Below, piece after piece: positions 48,004-57,202 of a stretch of DNA of 63,288 bases. A model generated the notes under the pieces. It had not been told where the DNA came from, searched no databases, and saw nothing but the letters and a program-made list of their open reading frames with translations. Both the position numbers and the translations under genes were made by a program. The stretch spans positions 1 to 63,288 of the forward strand of contig JAWOBX010000047.1 in NCBI GenBank assembly GCA_046484125.1. The letters run 5' to 3'. How positions within the stretch are numbered: the stretch's first letter is position 1; every line of letters starts with the position of its first letter. Origin of the DNA: Dehalococcoidia bacterium (GTDB lineage: Bacteria; Chloroflexota; Dehalococcoidia; SZUA-161; SpSt-899).

Positions 48004-49187
48004 GTGAAATCTATCTTGACAACTTGTCGGCGACGCCGGTGGATCCCAGGGTCCTGGAGGAGATGCTGCCATATTTCCGGGAATCTTTTGGAAACCCGGT
48101 TGCCTTTGGCGATCGGGGAGGCAGGGCGAGTGATGCCGTCGAAAATGCGCGTACCAGGGTGGGAAATCTCATAAACGCGACGTCGAACGAGATCATCTTC
48201 ACCTCGTGCGGAACTGAGTCGAACAACATGGCCATCAAAGGATTGGCCATAGCCCGCAGGGGGAGGGGAAGGCACATTATCATATCGTCCATTGAACATT
48301 TTTCCGTACTTCATCCGGCGCGCACTCTGGAGAAACTGGGGTTCGAGGTCACCCAGTTGCCCGTGGATGAATACGGGAAGGTGGACCCGGAGCAAGTGAA
48401 GCAGAATCTGAGGCAGGATACCACACTTGTGTCGGTGATGTATGCCAACAGCGAAGTCGGCACCATACAGCCGATAAAGGAGATAGCCTCACTGGTCAGA
48501 GAGTCAGGGGCGGTTTTTCATACAGACGCGGTCGCCGCCGCCGGCGTTGTTCCCCTTGATGTTCAGGATCTGGGTGTGGACTGCCTGAGCATGGCGGCCA
48601 GCCAGTTCTACGGTCCTACGGGAGCGGGAGCGCTGTGGCTTCGCCGTGGGATACAGATAATGCCGCTGCTCGAGGGAGGGGTACAGGAATCGGATAAGAG
48701 GTCGGGGACACATAACGTGCCGGCCATTGTCGGACTGGGGAGGGCGGCGGAACTGGCTCAGGAGGAGATGGAATCGAGGAATCGGCATATCGCCGGATTG
48801 CGGGACAGGCTGAGGGACGGGTTGACAGAGCGTATCGACCATATAGTTCTAACCGGGCATCCGACTGACCGACTGCCCGGTAATGTTAGCCTGTGTGTCA
48901 ATTTCATTGAGGGCGAGGCCATGCTGGCCTTCCTGGAGAACGCCGGGATCGCCGCGGCCAGCGGTTCAGCCTGCACCTCAAAAATGCTCAAATCATCCCA
49001 TGTTCTCCATGCAATGGGTTATGCGCCTGAGGTGGCCCAGGGCTCACTTCTCTTCACACTCGGGAAGGAGAACACCAATGAGGACATTGAGCCTGTGCTG
49101 GAAGCTTTCCCGCCCATCGCGGACAGGTTACGGCAAATGTCCCCCCTGTATGATAAATTCCTGAAGAGCCAGAAAGGAGGAAACTAA
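48000..49187 (+). CDS. NifS/IscS-like class V aminotransferase-fold protein lacking the PLP Schiff-base lysine
   Basis: GTESNN, SSIEH and the persulfide loop ASGSACTS are present. The SGHK motif reads AASQ (VDCLSMAASQFYGPTGAGALWLRR). Confidence 0.8.
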   Translation: MSEIYLDNLSATPVDPRVLEEMLPYFRESFGNPVAFGDRGGRASDAVENARTRVGNLINATSNEIIFTSCGTESNNMAIKGLAIARRGRGRHIIISSIEHFSVLHPARTLEKLGFEVTQLPVDEYGKVDPEQVKQNLRQDTTLVSVMYANSEVGTIQPIKEIASLVRESGAVFHTDAVAAAGVVPLDVQDLGVDCLSMAASQFYGPTGAGALWLRRGIQIMPLLEGGVQESDKRSGTHNVPAIVGLGRAAELAQEEMESRNRHIAGLRDRLRDGLTERIDHIVLTGHPTDRLPGNVSLCVNFIEGEAMLAFLENAGIAAASGSACTSKMLKSSHVLHAMGYAPEVAQGSLLFTLGKENTNEDIEPVLEAFPPIADRLRQMSPLYDKFLKSQKGGN

Positions 49188-49190
49188 ACG

Positions 49191-49772
49191 ATGCCGGCTT
49201 ACAGCGAGAAGGTGATGGAATACTTCATAAATCCCCGCAATGTAGGGGAGATAGAGGATGCGGATGGGATCGGGGAGGAGGGGAACCCGGTTTGCGGGGA
49301 CATGATGACGTTCTACATAAAGGTTGATGATAACCGCCTCAGCGATGTGAAATTCAAAACCTTCGGCTGCGGGGCCGCGATAGCCGTCTCGAGCATGGTC
49401 AGCGAGATGGCCATGGGGAAGACAATTGACGAGGCCCGGAAGATAACTCCAGCGCTGGTGGCGGAGGAACTGGGCGGATTGCCAAAGGAGAAATTCCACT
49501 GCTCCAACCTGGGAGCCCAGGCCCTGAACCGGGCCATTGACGATTATGAAGCTCGCCAGCGCGGTGAGAAACCGGCGGATGAGAAAAGGGGCGCAAAGCC
49601 CGAAGTGGCGGAAAAGGGCCAGTGCTATTGCCCCAACTGCGGGGACGAGCTTGAACAGGGGGAGGCCCCCTACTGCCGGCCCTGCCAGATAGTTCTGCGC
49701 ACCTGCCCCAACTGCAGGAAAGTGGTCACTCAGGACGCGACAGAGTGCCCGGCATGCACGACAGTACTGTGA
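49191..49772 (+). CDS. iscU: IscU/NifU-N scaffold with C-terminal double zinc-ribbon extension
   Basis: NPVCGD, FGCGAAIA and HCSNLG. An extra 60-aa tail carries CYCPNC, CRPC, CPNC and CPAC. Confidence 0.85.
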   Translation: MPAYSEKVMEYFINPRNVGEIEDADGIGEEGNPVCGDMMTFYIKVDDNRLSDVKFKTFGCGAAIAVSSMVSEMAMGKTIDEARKITPALVAEELGGLPKEKFHCSNLGAQALNRAIDDYEARQRGEKPADEKRGAKPEVAEKGQCYCPNCGDELEQGEAPYCRPCQIVLRTCPNCRKVVTQDATECPACTTVL

Positions 49773-49783
49773 GGGGAAACAGT

Positions 49784-50218
49784 ATGGCGAGCGTAGTGGC
49801 TGTATGCCGAAGCCACAAGAAAGGTGTCAGAAAGGAGCCTGTAAACGAAGGGGTCTTCATTGAAGGTACAGGGCTTATTGATGACGCTCACGCCGACAGC
49901 AGGACGCATAGGCAGGTCAGCCTGCTGGCAGTAGAGAGCATAAACAGAATGCGTAATTTTGAAAATGAACTGAAGCCGGGAGACTTCGCCGCGAATCTGA
50001 CTACAGAGGGGATTGAGTTAAAATCGCTGCCGGTTGGGACAAGACTGGCTATCGGTGAAGAAGTATTGCTTGAAGTCAGCCAGATTGGAAAAGAGTGTCA
50101 TACAAGGTGCGCGATTTACAGGCAGGTCGGTCAATGTATAATGCCTGCGGAAGGCATATTTGCACTTGTTGTTTGTGGTGGGGTTGTGAGGGGTGGTGAT
50201 AGAGTTTGTATAGCCTAG
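49784..50218 (+). CDS. MOSC domain protein
   Basis: HRQVSLLA...GDFAANLTTEG...ECHTRC. Confidence 0.75.
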   Translation: MASVVAVCRSHKKGVRKEPVNEGVFIEGTGLIDDAHADSRTHRQVSLLAVESINRMRNFENELKPGDFAANLTTEGIELKSLPVGTRLAIGEEVLLEVSQIGKECHTRCAIYRQVGQCIMPAEGIFALVVCGGVVRGGDRVCIA

Positions 50219-50276
50219 ATGTGCGTTCAACAATCGCTCACCGATAAAGTGCTAGGCCTACTGAGGACGTGAGAAA

Positions 50277-51068
50277 ATGCCAGAAGAAACGATCGGAGCC
50301 AGAATTTTAAGAGTAACGGAGAAGGAAAGCATTGAAAGTGATGATGTAGTCGTAAGGGAGTTTCCATTGACCATCACCTTGAATGACGAAGAACTCGCTA
50401 CTATGTTGTGCTCCCCTTCCAGTTTGGAATATTTGGCTCTTGGATTTCTGGCGTCCGAAGGACTGATACGTAGCCGCGAGGATGTCGGGCAAGTTCAGCT
50501 TAATGAAACCCGTGGAACAGTGCGGGTCGAGACAGTGGGTAAGCCTTCACTTGACAGGGACATGGTCTTTAAGAGGTTTATAACATCCGGTTGTGGTAAG
50601 GGTACCATGTTGTACTCCTTCGCCGATGCTATGAACCGGAAGAAGGTGGAATCTCAACTGGAGGTATCACCCGCTCAGATCTTTTCTCTCATGAAGGAAT
50701 TTCAGACTCGTTCCGAAGTATTCCGTGAGACTGGTGGCGTTCATAGTGCGGCACTCGCCGATGGGGAGAATATCCTCGTTTTCAGTGAGGACATCGGCAG
50801 GCATAACGCCGTCGACAAGGTGTTCGGTGAGTGCTTGTGGGAGGGAATTTCAACCCGTGACAGGATTCTGCTTACCAGTGGGCGCGTTTCTTCGGAGATC
50901 ATGTTTAAAATAGCCAAACGGGAAGTTCCGGTTATTGTTTCCCGATCCGCCCCTACTGACCTGGCAATCAAAACGGCCTCCGAACTCGGAATAACCCTTG
51001 TCGGATTCGTCAGAGGAAAGCGGATGAATGTTTATGCGGGGGATGGGCGGATTCGAGGAATTACCTGA
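50277..51068 (+). CDS. fdhD: Formate dehydrogenase accessory sulfurtransferase FdhD
   Basis: Typical FdhD motifs (SGCGKG, GGVHSAAL, GRHNAVDK, SRSAPT) and length. Confidence 0.88.
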   Translation: MPEETIGARILRVTEKESIESDDVVVREFPLTITLNDEELATMLCSPSSLEYLALGFLASEGLIRSREDVGQVQLNETRGTVRVETVGKPSLDRDMVFKRFITSGCGKGTMLYSFADAMNRKKVESQLEVSPAQIFSLMKEFQTRSEVFRETGGVHSAALADGENILVFSEDIGRHNAVDKVFGECLWEGISTRDRILLTSGRVSSEIMFKIAKREVPVIVSRSAPTDLAIKTASELGITLVGFVRGKRMNVYAGDGRIRGIT

Positions 51069-51118
51069 TGCAGATGGTCAGCTAGTGCACTGTCCCTGAC
51101 GGTTCTAAACAAATGTTT

Positions 51119-51166
51119 CGAATTGCTCTTTTCACCGCATTGCTTCACTAAAAAGGGATAGCACAC
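51119..51166 (+). repeat. Family-2 conserved element, copy 3 (short form)
   Basis: gaaTTGCTCTTTTCACCGCATTGCTTCACTAaaaAGGGAtAgcACAC; 27 nt are identical to positions 5-31. Confidence 0.6.
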
Positions 51167-51189
51167 AGGGGCAGCGACAGGAGAAGATA

Positions 51190-52098
51190 ATGACAGATGA
51201 ATTATCGGATCGGATAAACAGGTTACGGAAGGAGAGAAATGCCATCATCCTGGCCCATAACTATCAGCGGGGTGAAGTTCAGGATATCGCTGACTTTGTC
51301 GGGGATTCACTGGAGCTGAGCCGGAAAGCGGCCGGGGTTGAGGCCGATGTAATCGTATTCTGCGGAGTACATTTCATGGCCGAAACCGCATATATATTGT
51401 CTCCCGACAGGACAGTCCTGCTGCCGGATGAAAACGCCGGCTGTCCCATGGCGGACATGATTGACGCCGAAGGATTGCGGAAGCTGAAGGCCGAGCACAC
51501 GAATGCCAGGGTGGTATGCTATGTCAATTCCACGGCTGAAGTAAAGGCTGAGAGTGACATATGTTGCACATCGGCGAACGCGGCTCAAATTGTGGCGTCG
51601 CTCCCGGTTGATGAAGAGATCATTTTCGTTCCGGATCAGTACCTGGCGCATTACGCCGCCACTCAGGCCGGTCGGGAGGTAATCCCGTGGCATGGTTATT
51701 GCCCGACTCATGTAAAGATAATTCCCCCTGACATCGAACGATTGAGGCGGGAGTATCCAGACGCCAAAGTGGTTGTTCATCCGGAATGCCTGCCCGAGGT
51801 GATTGCCATGGCTGATGAGGTAGCCAGCACGAGCGGGATACTCAAGTTCTGTCAAAGGGAGGATGTCAGGGAAGTCATCGTGGGCACAGAGATGGGGATA
51901 ATCCACAGACTGCAAAAGGAGAACCCGGGCAAGAAGTTTATACCCGTCTCCGAAAGAGCGGTTTGCCCCAATATGAAACGCATCACACTGGATAAGGTAC
52001 TCAAGGCCCTCGAGGATCTGGCACCCAGGGTGCGGGTTCCTGAGGATATCCGCCTCAAAGCCAGGGCTGCCGTGGACCGGATGGTGGAGACACAATAA
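51190..52098 (+). CDS. nadA: Quinolinate synthase NadA
   Basis: ILAHNYQ, FCGVHFMAET and YVNSTAEVKA; full length. Confidence 0.93.
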   Translation: MTDELSDRINRLRKERNAIILAHNYQRGEVQDIADFVGDSLELSRKAAGVEADVIVFCGVHFMAETAYILSPDRTVLLPDENAGCPMADMIDAEGLRKLKAEHTNARVVCYVNSTAEVKAESDICCTSANAAQIVASLPVDEEIIFVPDQYLAHYAATQAGREVIPWHGYCPTHVKIIPPDIERLRREYPDAKVVVHPECLPEVIAMADEVASTSGILKFCQREDVREVIVGTEMGIIHRLQKENPGKKFIPVSERAVCPNMKRITLDKVLKALEDLAPRVRVPEDIRLKARAAVDRMVETQ

Positions 52099-52210
52099 CT
52101 CCAGGGCGGGAAGGTCTCATCACAAAGTCACCGGCCTGCTATATCCCAATGCCAGTTTACTTAACAGCATCCCGAAGACAGTTGGTATTTAGTGGAATCG
52201 GCGCGGATAA

Positions 52211-52915
52211 TCACATTGACCGCCTGGCTGCCCTGTGAATGGCAGCGGCGCCGAACAACAAAAGATCGTAGCTGACTGTGTTGAAGCCGGATCGGCGAAT
52301 GATTGAGGCCAATTCGTCGGCGCTATAGAAACGGCGCATTGAGTTGGAGAGGTAGTCGTAAGGCTCGAAAGAACCGGAGATAATTCCGCCCACGGGCTTG
52401 ACCACCAACTTGACATAAATATGATGCAATTCTCTGAGCCAACGATTTCGCGGCTGGCTGGTCTCGAGGTTGACGAAGACTCCTCCTGGCTTCAAAACCC
52501 TGTGGAATTCGCTGAGGCAAACGGAGAGGTTGCCCTCTCCTGAGCTGTCGATGTTGCGCGAGGCGAAAGACAATGTGATTGCGTCGAATAATTCATCGCG
52601 GAAGGGAAGGTGCGTCGCTTCGGCAAGTATCAATGCCACATCACTGTGTGCCAATCTTTCACGGGCCTTTTTCATCATCGGTAAAGAGAAGTCTATAGCA
52701 ACTATACGGGTATGCTCATCGGCCAGCCGATTGAGATTGAGAGTCATATCTCCGGTGCCCATCCCCGCATCCAGCCAGAGGCTCCCCCCGGCCGAAGACG
52801 CAATCAAAGCAGCCTTTCTTCGCCAGAGGATATCCAGGCCAAAGGTAAGTACATGATTCACCATCTCGTAGGTTCGGGGAATGCTGACGTATAATCGCTG
52901 GATTCTGCTGTACAT
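52211..52915 (-). CDS. ubiE: UbiE/MenG-family demethylmenaquinone/ubiquinone C-methyltransferase
   Basis: YEMVNHVLTFGLDILWRR and DAGMGTGD, a SAM motif I. Confidence 0.8.
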   Translation of the reverse strand: MYSRIQRLYVSIPRTYEMVNHVLTFGLDILWRRKAALIASSAGGSLWLDAGMGTGDMTLNLNRLADEHTRIVAIDFSLPMMKKARERLAHSDVALILAEATHLPFRDELFDAITLSFASRNIDSSGEGNLSVCLSEFHRVLKPGGVFVNLETSQPRNRWLRELHHIYVKLVVKPVGGIISGSFEPYDYLSNSMRRFYSADELASIIRRSGFNTVSYDLLLFGAAAIHRAARRSM

Positions 52916-52917
52916 GG

Positions 52918-53766
52918 CTATATATCCGCCAGGAATTCATTCACCAGTCCCCTGGCTTCTCTTAACGCGAAATCGTTGAAGTAGCGAAGGATGGCTGATT
53001 CGGAATAAACAGGTTGCTTATCCGTGTCAAGGTAGTTCTGGCTCAATACGCATTCAAGCTGGTCCTCGCCCTCCTCCCAGCCCGGCCCCACTATATCAGC
53101 TATTTCATCATTGGAATCAATATGACTGACCGGCAGTTTAAGTTCCACACCATATTCCGAGAGGAAACTGCGATACACATCCAAAAAGACCCCAAGCTGA
53201 TTTATCTTGATTTTTCCCTGGTGCGATTGGCGCTCTCCCGAAATGATCGTATCGCAGCCGGTCATCCTGGCAAGTGGAATGCGAATGCTGTGAAGATAAA
53301 GGTGGCAGCCCGGGCATGGCGAGTAGCATCCGAACTCCCTGAACAGGTCACTGACGTAACGTCCACATAGCCTGTGCCAGAATCGGGGAGAACCCAGGAG
53401 TACCGGATCGAAAACCTCAATCCCTTGAGTAGTGAGATGCTCTCTCAGCCAGTCAATTTTCCGGAACGTGGTATCCCAGCTACCGTGTTCGGTCCCGGTG
53501 TAAGCAATCGTGGGCAGGAGGGAGGTGAATTCTCCGGATTTAACCGCCTCCAGCGCCGCCGCGAAGCTGTCTCTACCCGCTATCTCAACGATGGCCAGGC
53601 CGGGATCTTCCTTCAGTCTGGCCAGGCGTGAGACCGGCAGCATCCATTCAGGGAAATGCGTAACCATTTCCGGCCTTGTGCTGATTATCTCAAGTAATCT
53701 GACATCCAGAGTCATGGGGTCAGCACTCCAGGGATTCGTAGTGACCGGGGAAATAGGGTTCATCAT
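52918..53766 (-). CDS. Hypothetical protein, possibly adenine-nucleotide alpha-hydrolase (PP-loop-like) with a CPGC motif
   Basis: IVEIAGRDSFAA resembles a degenerate SGGxDS PP-loop, and CPGCHLYLH is present. The alternative start at 53715 would remove the 47-nt overlap with apgM. Confidence 0.4.
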   Translation of the reverse strand: MMNPISPVTTNPWSADPMTLDVRLLEIISTRPEMVTHFPEWMLPVSRLARLKEDPGLAIVEIAGRDSFAAALEAVKSGEFTSLLPTIAYTGTEHGSWDTTFRKIDWLREHLTTQGIEVFDPVLLGSPRFWHRLCGRYVSDLFREFGCYSPCPGCHLYLHSIRIPLARMTGCDTIISGERQSHQGKIKINQLGVFLDVYRSFLSEYGVELKLPVSHIDSNDEIADIVGPGWEEGEDQLECVLSQNYLDTDKQPVYSESAILRYFNDFALREARGLVNEFLADI

Positions 53767-55018
53767 CGGGGGAGTCGATAAGCCCCCACAATTTTCCCCT
53801 GTCGGTGAAGTTCAGTATTAAATACATAAGCTCCCTCCCCCTGGCCGTTCCAAGTCCACCGCAGGAACATGTAACCTCATCATACGCGGTAACAGCGTCC
53901 TTCCGTGTGTTGGGGCCGACCATAGTAAGTGGAACGCTCTCTCCTGAATGGATCATCCGGCCGGAGCTTGGTGTTGAATGGTCGGCGGTTATAACCAGAA
54001 GGTTGTCTTCATTGGGGATTATCTCGTCAATGGCAAAGGCTAAAGCGCGGTCCAGCGCTTCAATGACCTCCTTTTTATATTCAGGATTTTTGGTATGCGC
54101 CGCCTCATCGGGCGCCTTGGTATGGACGTGGATGAAGTCGAATCCGGTTTCAAGATGAGCCGCTTTGAGTTTTGAAAGCAGGTCCTCTTCATGGTCAGCG
54201 GCCCCGTATATCTGCCGATTCTCGATTCCGAGAAAGGAGCAAATACCCCTGTAGACTGAGCCGGATGAAAGCGAAAGCGCCTTCATTCCCCAGCGTTTTT
54301 CAAAGGAAGGGGCTTCGGTCAGCCCGCCCGCTCTTTGTGTTGCCAGCGCGTTTACTGGTAGCCGGCCCTGAGCCATTCTCCTTTCGTTGATCGGGTGTCC
54401 GGTCAGTTTAAGGTGGCTGTTCCGTAGAAAAGTGTTTACCAGGTCCGCTGTTATTATCGCGCCTGGCTCATTTTCTTTCGGCGCGAGGGGACGCACCTTC
54501 ATTATGGGCCTCCCCGCATAGACGGGATTGGAATCCGTTATGTCGGTAGAAAGTCCGCCGCGCAATAACAGTATCCCCTCAATACCTTTGCGTGGTACCA
54601 GTTCCAGCGAAAAGGCACCCTCTACTACGGGCTCGATGCACTGCTGGAGCCTGTATGCGCTTTCCTCGTCAATATCCGGCTTCTCGTTCTGGATGATGAG
54701 TTTATTGCCTTCCAGTGTCGCTGAGAACAGACGGGCGAGGATGGCCACATCTTCGGAGTTGACCGGAATACCGTCACCGATGGCCTCCAGCATGCCTCTT
54801 CCGGGCATGTCAGCCATGTTATAGCCGAACATCAGGAAATGCGCTGACTCGCTGGGCAGGGCAATGCCCTGCATTAAGGGATGATAGAGCCCGCTGATGC
54901 CCGCTTCCGCTATCCGATCGAGATTCGGTGTAGAAGCGGCTTGAAGAGGCGTTTTCCCATTCAACAAGCGGTGGCCCCTGTCTCCAAGTCCGTCGAGCAC
55001 GATAAGAATACATCGCAT
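53720..55018 (-). CDS. apgM: Cofactor-independent phosphoglycerate mutase, archaeal ApgM type (alkaline phosphatase superfamily)
   Basis: MRCILIVLDGLGDR...TPNLDRIA...ITADHSTP. Confidence 0.75.
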   Translation of the reverse strand: MRCILIVLDGLGDRGHRLLNGKTPLQAASTPNLDRIAEAGISGLYHPLMQGIALPSESAHFLMFGYNMADMPGRGMLEAIGDGIPVNSEDVAILARLFSATLEGNKLIIQNEKPDIDEESAYRLQQCIEPVVEGAFSLELVPRKGIEGILLLRGGLSTDITDSNPVYAGRPIMKVRPLAPKENEPGAIITADLVNTFLRNSHLKLTGHPINERRMAQGRLPVNALATQRAGGLTEAPSFEKRWGMKALSLSSGSVYRGICSFLGIENRQIYGAADHEEDLLSKLKAAHLETGFDFIHVHTKAPDEAAHTKNPEYKKEVIEALDRALAFAIDEIIPNEDNLLVITADHSTPSSGRMIHSGESVPLTMVGPNTRKDAVTAYDEVTCSCGGLGTARGRELMYLILNFTDRGKLWGLIDSPDDEPYFPGHYESLEC

Positions 55019-55092
55019 ACTGGAATACTTCCCCGACTTGCGTTGTCTAATCGCCTATTGTAGGATGAATTTGCATAGGCGTCAATGAAATT

Positions 55093-57066
55093 ATGCTGAA
55101 CATATCGAATCTCTCCAAGTCCTACGGTGACCGGATAATATTTTCCGATGTCACCATAAATGCCGGCGTCAGGGATCGCATTGCGGTAATCGGGCCAAAC
55201 GGATCGGGTAAGACCACCCTTTTTGAACTGATAGCGGGCAATGTCATGCCGGATACCGGAGATGTATCGATCCCCAAAGGCGCAACTATCGGATATCTGG
55301 AGCAGGATATCAAACCTTCATCCAGGAGAGAATTGCTTCATGATGTGGCCAACGCGTCTTCAAGGGTTACTGCCATCAAGCACCGCATCGAAGTACTGGA
55401 GCAGGAGATTACAGACGGGGCTGACGGAGATTATTTGCAGCGGACTATAAGAGAACTTGGTGAGCTCCAGCAACAGTTTGAGGCTGTGGGGGGATATGAT
55501 GCCGAACATGAGGCGAAGATCATACTCTCCGGACTGGGATTTGCCGAGTCGGATTTCTCCAGGCCGATGAATGAATTCAGCGGGGGATGGTTGATGCGGG
55601 CCGAACTGGCAAAACTTCTGCTTCTCAATCCGGATGTGCTGCTGCTTGATGAGCCCACAAATCACCTGGATATCGAATCATGCGTCTGGTTTGAGGAATA
55701 CCTGCAGAGTTATCAGGGAGCAGTGCTTGTGACCTCGCACGATCGAGAATTCCTGAATAGAGTGGTAAGCAAGGTCCTTGCCATTGAACCGGATGGAGTC
55801 ATCCTGCATCGCGGCAACTATAACAGCTATGTCATGGCCAGGCAGAAAGACCTTGAGGCGAAGGAGGCGGCCGCCAGACGCCAGGAACAGAAGATCAAAA
55901 AGGATATGCGCTTTATTGAATCGTTCCGCGCTGATAAGAGAAGGGCTTCGCAGGTGCAGAGCAGGCTGAAACGGCTGGAAAAGATGGAGAGGATCGAGGT
56001 GCCAAGGGCCACAAGCAGGGCCAGGATATCCTTTCCCGAACCGGCCAGAAGCGGCGAAGACGTGGTCACACTCAAGAATATCCTCAAGGCATACGGGTCG
56101 AATATTGTATACCATGATCTCAACCTGGTTCTGCGCAGAGGCGACAAGGTCGCCCTGGTCGGGCCCAATGGCGCGGGCAAAACAACGTTGCTGAAGATAC
56201 TGGCTGGTGTGATAACCTTTGAGAAGGGTTTGAGGAGACTGGGGCATAATGTAAATACCGCTTACTATGCGCAGTACCAGTTGGAGCAGCTCAATCCGGA
56301 GAACACGGTTCTGAATGAGCTCAGGAGGCTGGCGCCGGATGAGCCGGAGCAGAGATTGAGGGGCATACTGGGGGCGTTTTTATTTACCGGAGACGAGGTG
56401 GAGAAGCGGGTATCGGTGCTTTCCGGTGGGGAGAAGGCCAGGCTGGCCATCTCCAGAATGCTCATACGGCCTGCCAACTTTTTGCTGATGGATGAGCCCA
56501 CGAACCATCTTGATATTCCCTCCAGAGAGGTCCTCACGGATGCTCTTGAGGATTACAAAGGCACCCTTTGCTTTATCACCCATGACAGGACTCTTATAAG
56601 GCAGATAGCCAACAAGATAATTGAGATAAGAGACGGAAATCTGGATGTGTACCCGGGTGACTATGACGGTTTTCTGGTGTGGAAGGCTGAATTCAGGAGC
56701 GACGAACGGCGGCGGGATGCCTTCGATTCAGCCAGTCGGAAAAAGGAGGGGAAGGAACGGCAGCAGAATCGGAAACAGATAGAAGGTGAGGTTCGCAACC
56801 GGTTCCACCGCATGAGAAAGCCGATTGAAACTCGCGTGGAGGAAATCGAGAAGCAGATAGATCGTCTTGAGGCGGAGCTTGGAGAGGCGGAGGCGTTGCT
56901 GGCGGATCCCGGTAATTATGGAGATGATTCACGGGCTATCGATACCGTAGACAGGTACCGGAAGTTGAAGAAGTCGATATCAAGCCTGACGGAGGAATGG
57001 GAGAAAAAGTCGCTGGAACTGGAGCGGTTGAAAGTGGAGTGTGAGAGGGAGATTAAGCTGCTTTGA
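55093..57066 (+). CDS. ABC-F family ATPase (two ABC cassettes, coiled-coil C-terminus)
   Basis: GPNGSGKTT and GPNGAGKTT, 2x LSGG signatures, no TM domain. Confidence 0.9.
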   Translation: MLNISNLSKSYGDRIIFSDVTINAGVRDRIAVIGPNGSGKTTLFELIAGNVMPDTGDVSIPKGATIGYLEQDIKPSSRRELLHDVANASSRVTAIKHRIEVLEQEITDGADGDYLQRTIRELGELQQQFEAVGGYDAEHEAKIILSGLGFAESDFSRPMNEFSGGWLMRAELAKLLLLNPDVLLLDEPTNHLDIESCVWFEEYLQSYQGAVLVTSHDREFLNRVVSKVLAIEPDGVILHRGNYNSYVMARQKDLEAKEAAARRQEQKIKKDMRFIESFRADKRRASQVQSRLKRLEKMERIEVPRATSRARISFPEPARSGEDVVTLKNILKAYGSNIVYHDLNLVLRRGDKVALVGPNGAGKTTLLKILAGVITFEKGLRRLGHNVNTAYYAQYQLEQLNPENTVLNELRRLAPDEPEQRLRGILGAFLFTGDEVEKRVSVLSGGEKARLAISRMLIRPANFLLMDEPTNHLDIPSREVLTDALEDYKGTLCFITHDRTLIRQIANKIIEIRDGNLDVYPGDYDGFLVWKAEFRSDERRRDAFDSASRKKEGKERQQNRKQIEGEVRNRFHRMRKPIETRVEEIEKQIDRLEAELGEAEALLADPGNYGDDSRAIDTVDRYRKLKKSISSLTEEWEKKSLELERLKVECEREIKLL

Positions 57067-57202
57067 GGTATCTCTGAATGAGTGGTGCCTTCCGGGATAT
57101 GGGGAGTCGTTTCAGCCTGAGGATTCCCGAAGGATTAAATACGCAAATGGGCCGATCACAGGTTCTCTGAGAACAGGGGCAAGCAATTGAGGGGGACGAT
57201 TG

